Shown: piece by piece, positions 1-13,169 of the stretch
How the letters are laid out: each line of letters opens with the position of its first letter
Numbering within the stretch: the stretch's first letter is position 1
Origin: Callorhinchus milii
Taxonomy: Eukaryota
NCBI RefSeq assembly: GCF_018977255.1
Contig: NW_024704743.1
Location: forward strand, 70,310,001 to 70,374,000
Length of the DNA stretch: 64,000 bases
Direction: 5' to 3'
Notes under the pieces: model-generated
What the model was told of the DNA's origin: nothing
Database searches by the model: none
The model's input: only the letters and a program-made list of their open reading frames with translations
Translations under genes and position numbers: made by a program

Positions 1-996
1 CAAGCTCTGCCTTTCCCTTTCTTCTCCAACATAATGGAAATGAACTTGGAAAGTCAACCTGTGGGGAATTTCGACATTGAATATTTATTTTTCCAGAATA
101 TTATATAAAATGGTTCAGGTTATTAAAATTTGACTCAGAGGAGCAGCTGCAGTGTCAGGTGTTGGGTTTATGGTCTGTGTTTTCTAGATCACCAGCCTTT
201 TTTTCAGTCAGCTGGTGTGCATATAACTACTGCTCAATGCAGCCTCAGTTTAGATAAGTGGAAGGAAGACACTCAATCAAATAAGCCATAGTGAGAATTG
301 TTTCCTTATGAAAAGTCCAATTATATTTTTAAACTAGTCTAACAAATACCATTATATGAACTCAACAACAACAACTTGCATTTTAACAGTGCCCTTCATG
401 CAGCATGCTGTCTCGGAACTCAGTCTGAACTGAATTGGCAAAAATGCAAATTGCTAATTGACAGTTTGTGTGGCTGGTTCATTAAAAATTGTCCTGTTGA
501 AATGGTAACAAAAAGTGGGTATTTTGATAATGAAACATTGTGCTGCAAATAGATTGTACACACATTACAGCATCTCAGAAAGATGATAAAAGGTGCTCTA
601 ATTCTTTAATGACTGATTTAACTTACTGAATTTTATTTGGTTAGCTGGGAGTCTGACACATTTTGGAAACTCATTTTCAATGCTTAAGCGTATCCAGACT
701 GGATTGAAAGTTCCACATATGTATGCCACTTACACATGGAAACTTTCTTGTGTTGGTAGTGGAATGGGAACTCTCTTCCTGGAGGGATGGAGCATTCTTA
801 ATTAATTCCAGAAAGTATTAGGCACAGGTTGGCAAGAGTCAAGGCTTGGGGATCCCTTGGTGTGTTTTGGGTACTGCTAGAGTTTAACCAGCAAAACTGC
901 ACAGCTTGCCATTGAGCAAGTCAAACCGTACAACATCTCAGAAAGATGATAAAGGGTGCTGTAATTCCTCAAGGACTGATTTAACCTAATAAACAT

Positions 997-1300
997 AATA
1001 ATCCTTACATTTGATATAGCGCTTTTCACATCTTCTCGGTGTCTCAAAGTGCCTCACTGAATAGCCTGTAAAGTAAATTGACTATGTATTTGTGGGCAAA
1101 ATGCAGCAGCCAATTGCGCACAGCAGTGTCTCACAAACAGTCATGGATTGAAATGACCAATTTATTATTTTTTTAAGGGATTATTATCAGGCGTGTGGAG
1201 TAAGGAAACTTGCCCAAGGTTTCACCCTGCCGGGAATTGAACCCAGGTCTCTCACTTCCAAAAAGCAAGTGCTCTAACTACTGAGCTATAGGACTCCACA
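997..1300 (-). mobile_element. tRNA-Ala-derived SINE, short subfamily
   Basis: Head TGTGGAGTCCTATAGCTCAGTAGTTAGAGCAC..GGGTTCAATTCCCGGCAGGGTGAAACCTTGGGCAAGTTTCCTTACTCCACACGCC; L2-like tail and (ATT)n. Confidence 0.93.
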
Positions 1301-1774
1301 ACATTACTTAACTGAATAATGACTCACCAGGCAGACAAGAACAATGGCTGCCTGATAATTAGGGCAATTAAAGCGTTTGAGCAACAACATTCCACCTCTT
1401 TCACTGTAAGAAAATCTAGTTTACAGAGATAAAGATGCACAAAGCAGTTGGTATGTGTGATAATATGTTATTGTGACCCACAAAAGATAGATCCCTTTTT
1501 GGACCATTTTTCTCACATGGACAGTGTGCGGGTTGACTAGCGTATGGAAGGTTCACTGGTCAGATTTTAAAAAATACCGGATACTAGACTCTTGCTGACT
1601 AGTGGAACAATATCAGTGCAGCTTACTTGAGCTTTACATCAGCCAGTAATCTGCAGGGCTGAGTTACTGGGTAGTCTGTTGCATAACTCAGTCACTAATT
1701 CAATGCTCGTGAGATCATGCATCAAATGTGGATAGTGAGTTGTTTTGGAGGGAGAAAAGACTCATAATAAACAA

Positions 1775-2135
1775 AATAATAATCCTTACATTTAATATAG
1801 TGCCCCTCACATCAAGAGTACATTTCAAAGCATTTCACAGGATATACTGTAAAGTGCAGTGACTGTATTTTGTAAGTGAACTTGACAGCCAAATTGCAAA
1901 TCGGCTGTCAAGTTCACATACAAACTACAGTCCCAGCAATGTCCCACAAACAACCATGAAGTGAATGATCAACATTCATTTGTAAACAAGACCTCGGTTA
2001 ACATCTAATGGAAAGGACGGCATCCTCCAACAATGCAGCACACCCCCCAGTTCTGCACTGAGTGTCAGCCTAAACTACATGAGGTCAAAGTCCCAACCCA
2101 CAACTTCCTGACTCAGAGGTAAGCGTACTAACAGC
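1775..2135 (-). mobile_element. DeuSINE, internally deleted
   Basis: CCCACAACTTCCTGACTCAGAGGTAAG (reverse head), CTCGGTTAACATCTAATGGAAAGGACGGCATCC (reverse Deu domain) and shared tail. Confidence 0.8.
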
Positions 2136-3162
2136 TGCCACAAGTGGTGGTTTTACATTCAGAGATATTTACAACAACTGAAAATTTAAAAGATTGAAAA
2201 CATTCAAAAAAGTGAATTTCACAGTTTTTGTTTATATGTACACGGCGTTGGGGAATATGAATCATTGGCAAAATCTTTATTACTCGCCTGGGCCTTGCTG
2301 TGATGTTTAAAGAGTTTAATAATAGATGACCTGAGATGCTGTAATAAAGATTGGTCATCGACTTTCTGTCTTCTCTGTAGCCCAACAGGCTCACTAACGT
2401 TCAATCATACATCCTGATGTAGGCTGGAACAAGCATGCTCCTTGCCTTCTGAGTACAGGCTGAAAGTCACAGTCAAATCATTGGCCAACAAACTGATCCT
2501 CCCAACTGATGGAGCCTAAAGATAAAAGTCTATGGGGAGGGACCAGTTTGTGAAGTGGGAAAAATGTAAATAGTAAAGCATTCTGGGAATTTGATTCCGT
2601 GCCCATTCATTTGTTGCTATGGAGAAAATAAATTCCCATAAGGCCTAACATCAATTGAATATGATCTGTTGAATAATAAAATAATCCAATTGCACCATTA
2701 GTGCACCTGCACATGTAGTTTAGAAAATTGATGAAATAAGTAGTGTCAAGGCTCCCATTATACATATGCAAAACTAAATGCATCAGCCTACCTTTATGAA
2801 TTTGTGTGTCTGTTATACCTTGGTTCAATACTTCATTTAACCCTCTCCTACCCACAAAAATTTAAGCTTTTCCATTATTTTCAATTGACTGAGAGGTTTG
2901 GGATGCTTCAGAAAGCTCAAGAGTGAAGTTCCCTGTAAAGTGGTACATTTTGATTTGATTTGTGGTGTGATATATAATGTGTTCTATATATCTTGTATAT
3001 TATACTTACTCTGCACTCAGAGATGCTACCCCACATCAATGGGACTATACAAATGCAATTTGTTGGAATACAATTTACTTACACATAATGTATGTATATA
3101 TTCTTCCTTTTTTTAAAATCTGATTTCATAGATTTCTTCTTCCCCATTTCATGTAACCTCCT

Positions 3163-3478
3163 CTATTATAATAATAATCCTTGCATTTGATATAGTGCTT
3201 TTCAAGTCTTCTAGACGTCTCAAAGCGCATCGCAGAATATACTGTAAAGTGAATTGACTGTATATTTGTGGGCGAAACGCGGCAGCCAATTGCGCACAGC
3301 AGTGTCCCACAAACAGTCGTGAAATTAAGTAACCAATTTTAATTTTTTTTTCTTGAGGGATTATTATCAGGCATGTGGAGTAAGGAAACTTGCCCAAGGT
3401 TTCACCCTCCCTGGAATCGAACCCAGATCTCTCGCTTGTGAAGCGAGTGCTCTAACCACTGAGCTACAGGACTCCGCA
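3163..3478 (-). mobile_element. tRNA-Ala-derived SINE, short subfamily, full length
   Basis: Box A TAGCTCAGTGG, box B GGTTCGATTCC, anticodon arm CTCGC-TTCACAA-GCGAG, tail ..GAGACGTCTAGAAGACTTGAAAAGCACTATATCAAATGCAAGG(ATT)n. Confidence 0.95.
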
Positions 3479-4969
3479 GTCTCTAACCTAGTGTCGGGAG
3501 TTATGTGCTTACTGATTCTTACATCATCACTTACAATGGAGGACGTATCTGAGCCAGAAACTCAACATGTGTATCACATGCTCAGTATTAATGCGATGTT
3601 TCTTAACAGATTCAACGTGATTCTTGTTGCTTCAAATCTGTTGTAAAACATTGTATTTTGCACCCCAATATTGGAAGCTCTGAGAGGAATTTTTCCCTTT
3701 AACAAGCACAATATCATCAAATGTTTACAGCACAGAAGTCATCCATTCAGCAACAGTGTGCTGATACTGTGAAACAAAATGGTATTTGTTCCATCCAGTT
3801 CTGGTAAGCATATGAGATGCCACAGAGAACACACACCTCCTGCTGAGTTCTGGCATTGACAACACTGCCCACTAGTTATTTAGGAGATGAGGGCTTTGCA
3901 CAGATTACGCAAACTTAATTATTGGTTAGATTTTTAGAAAAATGTCTTCTTAAACAATAAAAGGCTTTCTCATCTCATGTCACATCAGACAGGCATCCTC
4001 TGACGATTTTAAAACATTTTAAAACTATCGGATACCAGCTCCAAGCAGATGTTATTTTCATGGTGGATTACTGGAAGCTTGTGTCAAATTCAGCGTGTGG
4101 GGGCATTGTGCAGGAGAAGGAGAAGTAAAAGAGTCCTCAGTGTAATATGGCCTTGCATTCCTCCTGATCAGACTGCACTTCCTGCTTATTCCAGATGGAA
4201 ACTGCAATACTGCTACAGAAGTCTGAGGTGTTGAGCAAATACTGAAGTCTACATTTGGGCTATCATATCATCACAGATGCAATCCAAAATGTATTTGAAA
4301 AAACATAAGATGCTAATAGAAATAACTTCTAGCTTTAAGATAATGAGGATTGTAAATTAATCATCGTTGTTTAGTATGGTAAATCATCAAATTTTAGGAT
4401 TATAGAAATTACAAAAAAAAAATTTGGTCTCTATCAACCTATGCGCTCTAATCCCAATTCTCTATTCTTTTACTGTATTATTTTTCTGTATCCTTTTTTA
4501 TATGTTTTTTTACATTAACAAAATAGTTTCATCAATATATGAACTATGAACCACATTTTTAAAAAAATTAGTATAAACATGTTGATACAACCATACTTTG
4601 GGATTATATTCAGTCAGCAAGGCACAATTTTTGAAGAATGATTTTTTGAATAGATTATAACAGTGGAATAAAAAACATATCAAAGGCAATATACGTGGAG
4701 TCTGAATCTTCAGTAGTCTAAATCTTTTTCCTTTTTAAGTTATTTTTGTTAAATTGGATTTTTATTTTGTGCTTACCGATTTGGAAAAGGAACAAGGGCT
4801 TTATTCTTAAAGCAAAGTAGGTTGGGTAACAATACACTATAATACAATATAAAACAAAATTATATTTATATAGCATCTTTCACATCAGAACTTCCCAAGG
4901 TGCTGGGCAGTCCAGGGTTTGTACCTTTGTTTTGGGTGGGGGGGTGGGGATTACGCCATGATGCTCATC

Positions 4970-5250
4970 CACAACAACAGCAACAACTTGCATTTATACA
5001 GCGTCCTTCACATAGGATGGTGACTCAGAGAGCTGAACAATGGTAGAGTTTGATGCCAAGGTGGGGAGAAAGCGGAGATGACTTTAGTCATGATCAAAGA
5101 AGAAAATCTCCAAATGCAATTTGAAGATGGGTAGAGCAAGGAAAGACAAAGGGATTTCTAATTGCAGAAGTTCTGGATTTAGTGGCTGAAGGCGCGGCCA
5201 CCAGTGATGAACTGGGGGGTGGGGAATGTGGTAAAGCTGAAGATGTAGGT
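4970..5250 (-). mobile_element. Old L2 3' end, type-B tail
   Basis: (CAA)n CTTGCATTTATACAGCGTCCTTCAC.. followed by GGCTGAAGGCGCGGCCACC (reverse of the GGRAFS coding segment). Confidence 0.78.
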
Positions 5251-6044
5251 GAAGCTCTACACGGTAAATATTTTCAACTGCAGGGACATAAATATGTTAT
5301 CAAGACTACTCGGCAGACTTTAAATAACATTCACTATTACTAAGAAATAAATGTCCACTTGCATTCCATAGTTTTAGAAATATTTAGGCAATGATCAAGA
5401 TGTATAAAATAATCCTTGCATGTGGTATAGTGCCTCTTATGTCAGGAGGACGTCCCAAGCACTTCACGGAGGATATATGGTGAAATGCAGTGAATTTATT
5501 TTTTTGTGAGCAATATAGCATCTTGCCTGCAACAAACATAGCTCCAATCTACTGAATGCAAAAGGCACTGAAGTCTCACTCAATGATGCTCCGAGCTGAT
5601 AATAATGATTATAATCCTCGAATTTGATACAGCGCATATAAGGTCATTAATAGCTCAAAGGGCTAAACTGAGTTTTTGTAAAGTGTGTATTTGTAGGCAA
5701 ATTTGTGTATTTGACAGCAGTGCCATGGAGATGTGAGGGTGCAGGTAGGACACACTGATTCCATCGTGGGATTTGTTTTCCCATAAGCAATTTTCTTTGT
5801 TGCTACGGAGACAGGAGATTGTCATGAGACCCAGGATTAACTGAATATGATGCATTGAACAATAAGATAACACCATTGGACCAATAATTCACCTGGATAT
5901 ATACTTGAGCAAACGTATGTGATGAGAGAAGTTTCATACCTCCTGTTGTGCCTCTGTGAATAGTAAGATGAACACAGCTCTGACACGCCACCCCGCGCAA
6001 AGGGGGCTATATAATACAACAGTACAATACAAACATACACAGTA

Positions 6045-6480
6045 AATTGCATTTATATAGCAACCTCCAAGCAGGGTAGTGCCTCAGAGTGCTTAGCAGG
6101 GGTAGAGTTTGATGCTGAGTCTGGGTGAGTGGGGAGGTCAGCATATGCATGGTTGAAGAGAAAGGTCTTCAGTTGTGATTTGAAGGCAGTTAAGGAGGGG
6201 GCAAGGAGTGTAGGGTGGGGACAGTGATGGGAGCGGTGGTGGAAAAAGTAGGTAATGTAGAAAGCTAGGGTTGTGGACTTGGCATTTGAGGTGAGGATCA
6301 AGGGTGCTTGAGGATGTGTGGAGAAGGGTTAGTACACGTAAATTTGTATGTAGGTGGCTCCATTCACATTGGGAGGACGTCCCAAGGCGCTTAACAATCC
6401 ACCAGAGCTGACAGTGGGAGCCCAGGAGTGGGGAGGGGAAAGGTGACAAAAAGAGGTAAATTTATAAATGCAAGTTGTTG
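6045..6480 (-). mobile_element. Cluster of L2 3' ends (type-B 6045-6300, type-A 6340-6450)
   Basis: Minus frame SLTAFKSQLKTFLFNHAY; TTCACATTGGGAGGACGTCCCAAGGCGCT is the reverse of the type-A tail. Confidence 0.78.
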
Positions 6481-7429
6481 TCATGCACACTCTGGACTTG
6501 CTACCTTATTGCACTTGAATAAGTACATCTTCATTACATTTTGACAAGGCATCTGCAAAAAATATTAATTTAGGAACACAGGAATAGGAGAAAGTTATTC
6601 CAGTGTTTTGCAAAGACACAGTGGGAGCTGGAGAGAGAAGATTGAGGGGGAGGGGAAAATTAAGTGGTTAAGTGGCCATGGCCACAGGCCACAGTCAATG
6701 AGATAAGTTTTCAAGAAAAGGAGTTGTATTTTTATCATGCTTTATCATTTTGAAATATCTCAAAATGCTTTGTAGATAATCATTGTCAATTTTTTTTGTA
6801 AATACTGCAGCCATATGCACTAGCAAGATTCCATAAGCAATTCATGACCTGAATGACTCTGAGGATTGTTGGCCAGGACACAGCTTTGTGAATAATCCAA
6901 TTTCTTCTCTAACTCCAATTCTTGTATGCTGCCATCAGGATCTGGAGACTTTCCCGCTTTCAGTTCTCTCAACTTTTTCAATACCACTTCCTTTTGTAAT
7001 AATAATAAAAATAACAATCCTTGCATTTAATATAGCATCTTATCACGTTGTTGAGACATCTCAAAGACTTCACAGAATATACTGTAAACTGGATTGGCTG
7101 AGTATTTTGTGGACAAATATTTATATAGCATTTATAAGACACATCACTTTACAGTATATCCTGTATAGCACTTTGGAATGTCCTCCTGATGTGAAATGCA
7201 CTGTACCAAATGTATGATTTATTATTTATTATTTATTATTAGCTATCGCTTGAAATTGTTCTGCCTCCTCATCTTGAACTCCTATTATTAAACTACAGTA
7301 TTACACTCTTCCAACTATCACTATCACACTCTTTTGTAAAAATTGAGGCAAACTACTCATTTAATATCTTTGCCATTCCTTTATTCTCCATGACAAGATT
7401 TACGTTTTTATCTTCAATTTGTGGTAAAT

Positions 7430-8110
7430 TTCCACTGGAAGTGGAGTCAACTTCACGGCGAGCAGGTCTATTTGCCAAAGCCATATGTTGAGTAAGCCTG
7501 GTAGCTGACATGGGACTTGGACCTCTAGAATATCAAGCTTGTGACATATCACAAGCTGTTCTTTTACAGGTCCTCCCACTACGCTGAAGGCAGATGAACA
7601 TTGAATAAGTGATAAGGAAATTCATGCTTGAAATGATAGCTGCTGGAAGACATTATATGGAGATTAGGCAGGCTTCAAGGCACTGCTAAAGACAGAACAG
7701 CCAACCTGGCTCATTGTGAGGACTTGAGGGATAGGACACTGAGGGCAAGGAGTTTTCCCGCTCGGCTCATGTTAACTCTGATAACCAAAGCCCCAGTGGT
7801 TAAGATGTCCTTGCAGGAGAAGCAATGGGAACCTTGCATGACAGTGTTCTGGATATGGTTTTAACTGGTTAAATTCCATCTGTAACGCACACATCCTCTT
7901 TGGGTTCCAAAGCCTTGTCTCTTCCCAACTTGTACCTAACAGTTTCCAAAATTAGGTAAGCAGGGCACGTCCATCCAAGAAGAGAGTGCACATTTCAATC
8001 CAGACATGGACATTTCCATGTGTAGGTGGCATACATAATTGGAAGTCTCAGTCAGGTTTAGATACTCTTAAGCACGGCAATGAGTTTCTGCATGTGTCAG
8101 ATACCTGCAT
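7430..8110. repeat. Longest copy of an unclassified dispersed repeat (family X); other copies at about 640-920, 16970-17250, 35870-36130, 37040-37500 and 41795-41976
   Basis: Shared blocks between copies include TCTGACACATGCAGAAAC..TGCTTAAGAGTATC, CCACCTACACATGGAAA, GCTTACCTAAT and GACAGxxxAGCCAxxCTGGCTCAT. Confidence 0.8.
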
Positions 8111-8149
8111 GAGCAATATAAATTAATAAATAATTCAACCACTATCCCT

Positions 8150-8362
8150 TCACCCTCTCAAACTCTTCCATCAACCAATCTGTCTCACCCCTCTCTCTAT
8201 CTGTCTTCAAAAGCTACCTAAAAACCTACCTCTTCAAATGTGCCTATCGTCACCTCCCACTTCCCCATTTCCCCACACTCCCTATCTTGTACTGTATTTG
8301 TAAAGTACTTGGAGATGTTAGTCTACATGAAGGCATTATATAAATGCAGTTGTTGTTGTTGC
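8150..8362 (+). mobile_element. Old L2 3' end
   Basis: TCTTCAAAAGCTACCTAAAAACCTACCTCTTC (FKSYLKTYLF) and tail ATGAAGGCATTATATAAATGCAG(TTG)n. Confidence 0.75.
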
Positions 8363-8814
8363 AGTACCTATTTTTTAATTATTTAACTTTAATTATCTTT
8401 TGCTTTTATGAGTTTTTAAAATCATTTTCTTCATGTTATCTGCAAAACTTTTTTTCCACTTTTATTTTCACTCTGTAATTTCTATTCTGTGTTTGATTTT
8501 CATTTATATTATTGGAGCAGGATTTATCAGATGCCACTTTTTTAACATCTCATTTTAATTTCTCTACTCAAGGAAATCCAGCTTTTGATCCAGCCTGTTT
8601 ACGTCTCTTCGAGAATATGTTTAGTTTGTGCCCTATGAATCTCATTTACATTTACTTAGGTTTACTTGTTTACTTGTTCTTGTGTTTTGGATGCATTATA
8701 GCAATGGCAAACCACATGTGGCTCATGAAGAGTCTCGATGTGGCTCACAGCCATCTCAGTTTCAGCCAAAATCATGGGTCTCAGATAATCCCACTGACAA
8801 TTTGCTTACAGGGA

Positions 8815-9925
8815 TATGTCTCGTGCAGTATCCCTCAGGGCTCTGTCCTCGGTCCCCTCCTCTTCACCCTCTATATGCTCCCCCTTGGTGACATCATCCG
8901 CAGACATGGGGTTAACTTCCACATGTGTGCGGATAACACCCAATTCTACCTTTCCTCCTCTACCCTCAACTCCATGACCACCGATGTCCTGACAGCCTGC
9001 CTGTCCGACATCGAGTCCTGGACGAGAGACAACTTTCTTCAGCTCAACGTGCGCAAAACTGAGGCCCTCCTGATTGGCTCACGTCAGCGCCTCCGCACCT
9101 CAGGCGCTGACAGCATCAGCATCCAAGGCTGCACTCTCCACCTCTCAAAGCCACTCAGGAACCTCGGGTTCTGTTCGACCCTGAGCTGTCCTTTCTTCCT
9201 CATATCCGCGCCACAACTGGCACCGCCTTCCATCACCTCCGGAACATCGCCAGACTACGGCACTACCTCACCCCTCACGCTGCTGAAACTCTGGTCCACG
9301 CCTTTATCACCTCAAGGCTGGACTATGGGAACTCTCTCCTCGCCGGCCTTCCCGGCACCTCCCTCCACAAGCTGCAGGTCATTCAGAACTCTGCAGCTCG
9401 TGTACTGTCCCGCACCAGGCTTCGCGACCACATCACTCCCACCCTCGCTCGCCTCCACTGGCTCCCCATCCCCCAGAGGATCGAATTCAAGATCCTCATC
9501 CTCACCTACAAGGCCATTCACGGCCTTGCTCCCTCCTACCTCTCCGACCTACTATCCCCCTACTTACCTGCCCGTACCCTCCGTTCCTCTGGCTCCGGTC
9601 TGCTCCACATCCCCCGCCCCAACCGCCCTACCATCAGTGGCCGGGGCTTCAGCCTCTCAGCCCTGAGGCTCTGGAACTCCATCCCCCAGTGCCTTTGCCG
9701 CCTCCTCCCTTTCCTCCTTCAAGTCCGGTCTCAAGACCTTTCTCTTCAAGCGTGCCTTCAGCTCCCCTCTCGACTCTCTACCCCCTCCTCGATCCCTCCC
9801 TTCCCTTCCCTCACTCTGACCATTTCCCCCCTGCTCGGGTCCCGACCCAACTGTCCAGTGCCTTGGGACGTCCTCCCGACGTGAAAGGCGCTCTATAAAT
9901 GCAATCTTGTTGTTGTTGTTGTTGT
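8815..9925 (+). mobile_element. 5'-truncated young L2 copy (RT C-terminal half plus tail)
   Basis: [38 protein letters not shown]; near-identical to the reverse complement of 51940-53070; tail GGGACGTCCTCCCGACGTGAAAGGCGCTCTATAAATGCAATC(TTG)n. Confidence 0.96.
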
Positions 9926-11810
9926 ACTTGACTATTTTAGACGCGTCTATATATGCGTTAAAAATTCTCTAGTCAGGCTTTTTGAATAAAATACTCATCT
10001 GAATATTCGAACAAAACGAGTATACTCAATTGACGTAGTTTTTTGAGTAACAATATCATGACATGTGGCTCAGTACAAGTTCAAGTTTGATGATGCTGTA
10101 TACGGGGGACATTGTGCTTCAGCCAAGTATTCCTGCTCATCTGTCCAGTGTTGCTTTCATAATGATAGATACTCCAAAGTTATTCAAAGAGCCTTTATGA
10201 CCCATGGCTTTGAGATTTCTGAACAATGTACAATTGGTGACCAGTTTGTGTCTTATTATGGACAAGGGGCTGTATGTTAAATTACCATAATCACTCACTT
10301 GGTACAATTGGTTTGCAAAACAGTGGATATCAAGAGGAAATTGTATGTTCATATGTGTTCGTTGATTGCTTTGCAGGAACTATTCCATATTCCACTGTGA
10401 AAAACCCAGATGGAGGAGGCCACAAATTAAACAAAACTATCTTACTTGTCTGTATGTTTTATGGGCTTTTATATTTGTATGAACTGTTGAATTTGGAGAC
10501 TATTCTCCTAATAGAAATACATTCTCGTGTTGCAAACTTCCTGTGGTCTGTAGAGCTCGTTTACTAAATGTTGCTTTCCAAATGTAATTTTGTTGTTGTT
10601 GTTGCTGGGTAATACTGCAACGTATGTCATGTCAGAACATCAGAATTAATGGTAACTTAACAGCAATTTATTTCCCCCCTAAAAATTTGCAACTTGTTAT
10701 CTACATCAATCTGAAGCAAACGATTAGTGGTTTTGATCTCCAAAATTCTGCAGTCTCTTTGCAGTCTTCCTCTCCGATTGTAAGGTACTCATTTAACCTA
10801 CAAATTAGATGTACTGTGAAATCAGATGGCTAAATTCCTTGCTTAGTACATTTTTGAGGAAAATTTGAGGAAATCAGAAATTCAAGAGCATAGAAAAGTG
10901 GCATAAATGTTTCAGCACATTAACAAATGCATTATTTGTTCACTTCAGCAGTTCACTCATTTTGGGGTAAAACCTGCATTGTTTTATAAGAGATTTGATG
11001 TGATAATCACATTGCGTCTGTTATGTAACATTGCATCATTCACCGCTTTATTTAATGTGTAACACATATATGTGGCATGTAAGTTGCACCACCTACAGAT
11101 ATAAAATGTCTTTCATTTGAGAAAGTCAGACTTATTACAACACATTAATATCACAGTAAGTGGTTTAGGCCATAGTTCTCACAAAATAAAGGCACAATAT
11201 GTTAGCACTATCTGTAATTCTGTAATGCATAAATCTAATCCATCAGTGTCAAACATATGTCTGCGTGGAAGCTTTATTCTGCCACAAGACAAATCATTTC
11301 ATTGGAAAAAATGCACTTTCATGTAAAAGTAACTGCTTTTTATTGGATTTACGGCAATCCTATTTTGCAACACTGTTTTCAACTTGAAATGAAAAATTGT
11401 ATTCAACATGTTTGTGCATCATATTCCGTTATATGGAATGTAGGTCAGCCTCCTGCACCACAGTAGATAAGGAGCAATGTACAAGTGCTGTATGTACTTA
11501 CAAGCAAATATCAGTCATAATGGACCTAGACAGATCTACTGGAGCTTTTTGGCTAAGAAAATGTTCCTTGCCATTAGCATTTAAAAAAAGCCTTGCAATG
11601 CTAGCCTATCAGCACTGATTCACAGCAAGCTTGGCTTGTACAGGTTGTTATCTACTCCGTACAGAGGTGTTCTTGTATTGCACGTGGATTTACTGATTTC
11701 TTGAGAAGGAAATGGAGAGAGGAAGAAAGGGAAAATTATCTGGTATTGAACCAACCGTCCTGGCTACAACATTTATACTTCTGTTATGTAATTGTGTTTT
11801 TGCCCTGCAG

Positions 11811-11957
11811 GCGAGTTTTATGCAGGATCCATTTTAGCAAAATGCTTTCCTTCACAACGTGTTCCAAATGCAAAACCTGTTTCTAATGGATTTGGGAAGT
11901 CTTACACAACATTACACTCTGCAGCTAAGAGCAAACATCAGTGTTCCGCACTGAAAG
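11811..11957 (+). other. Candidate internal exon (147 nt, phase 1-1, open frame), product unrecognised
   Basis: Acceptor TGTGTTTTTGCCCTGCAG|, donor AAAG|GTAAAT, stop-free frame EFYAGSILAKCFPSQRVPNAKPVSNGFGKSYTTLHSAAKSKHQCSALK, in non-repetitive DNA. Confidence 0.25.
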
Positions 11958-13169
11958 GTAAATTGAAAGGCTAATTCAGAATGAAAACTGTTCTTGGTAG
12001 AAAGAGTATCAGTATTATAGATGTCAGAAGTTCTGTTTCATTCAAATATTATTTTACATAAAATTAATTAAAATCATTGCAGTCTTTTCTTGATTGAGTA
12101 GCTATACTAATACAGCAGTAGCTACAGATTGATGAAAGCACTTGTAACTGAAAATCTTTGCCACTTCCTTGTATCTATTCCTTGTATTGATATAGCACCT
12201 TATCACATTGTCACAACTTCTCAAAATGCCTCACAAGATTTACTACATGGTTTAGTGACTGCATTCATACCAGCATGGAGTATCACAGCATGAGATATTT
12301 TGTATGTGAATGCAGAAACCAAGCTGTTATCCTCTCTATAATATTTATAAAATCCTAAGTGATTCCCTATCGATTTATTCACGCTTGAATTATGCTTCCT
12401 GATATTTTCCCCTCAAAATTTATAGTGCTATTTCTAATTCATAAATAAAACAATTGAAACCTTTGGGGTGAATGGGTTACCTATATTTCAGGGAATGCTG
12501 TTAAAATTCAGTGAGCTGTCATGCTGAAGGATGTACAATGTACATAGAAACATGTTGGTGGTCTAGTAACAATGTTAGATGTATTGTGTAACCTTTAAAG
12601 TAGGAAATGAGATGTTTTCATTGTCATTTGTAAGCTTGGGACAGACACAGTCACAGTGATTGAATACTGAGTTACTTTATTGTACTTATTGAACAGATGA
12701 AAAGACAAATGTATACGTACATATTGCATGATCTCTAAGAGAGCACCATTGGCTTAAAAATGATATAGTGAAAAATGATATAGTTCTTAACAGATTTCAC
12801 TGCACATTACAATCTGTAATGAAAATTACAATTTGCATCTCTACATGTGAGTAATCTCTGTTTTCACCATATCTCCTATTGGCCTTCATAATATCTTTTT
12901 TACTTACTATCTGAATGATTTTTTCATACTTTGCTTAATTTTTTTGATATTGTTATTCCTAGTTTGCCATATGGCAATGTTTTACATTTATTTTATTTCA
13001 AAGTTCTCTTTTCCTCCAAGAAACCCTGGATGTTTGTGCAATGCCTTTACACTGCTTAGGAACATGCTTAGTTTGTATCTTATTTCATATTTAAAATTGG
13101 TCATTCACTTCATGGCTGTTTGTGGGATGTTGCTCATGTTTTTGCCTACAAAATTTGCAGTCACTCTAC

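Noticed and set aside
1328..1403. Minus-strand exon (TTTTCTTACAG| .. CTG|GTGAGT)
   Set aside because: Short, unrecognisable peptide with no supporting neighbouring exons; such site pairs are expected by chance in 64 kb.
8512..9666. 384-aa ORF as a host or domesticated gene
   Set aside because: It is a chimera: AT-rich flank read into L2 RT, after which a 1-nt deletion near 9168 shifts it into a Pro/Ser-rich alternative frame.
10065..10420. Decayed RT of another LINE clade (YKFKFDDAV)
   Set aside because: The similarity to a xADD motif is too weak to support without a profile search.
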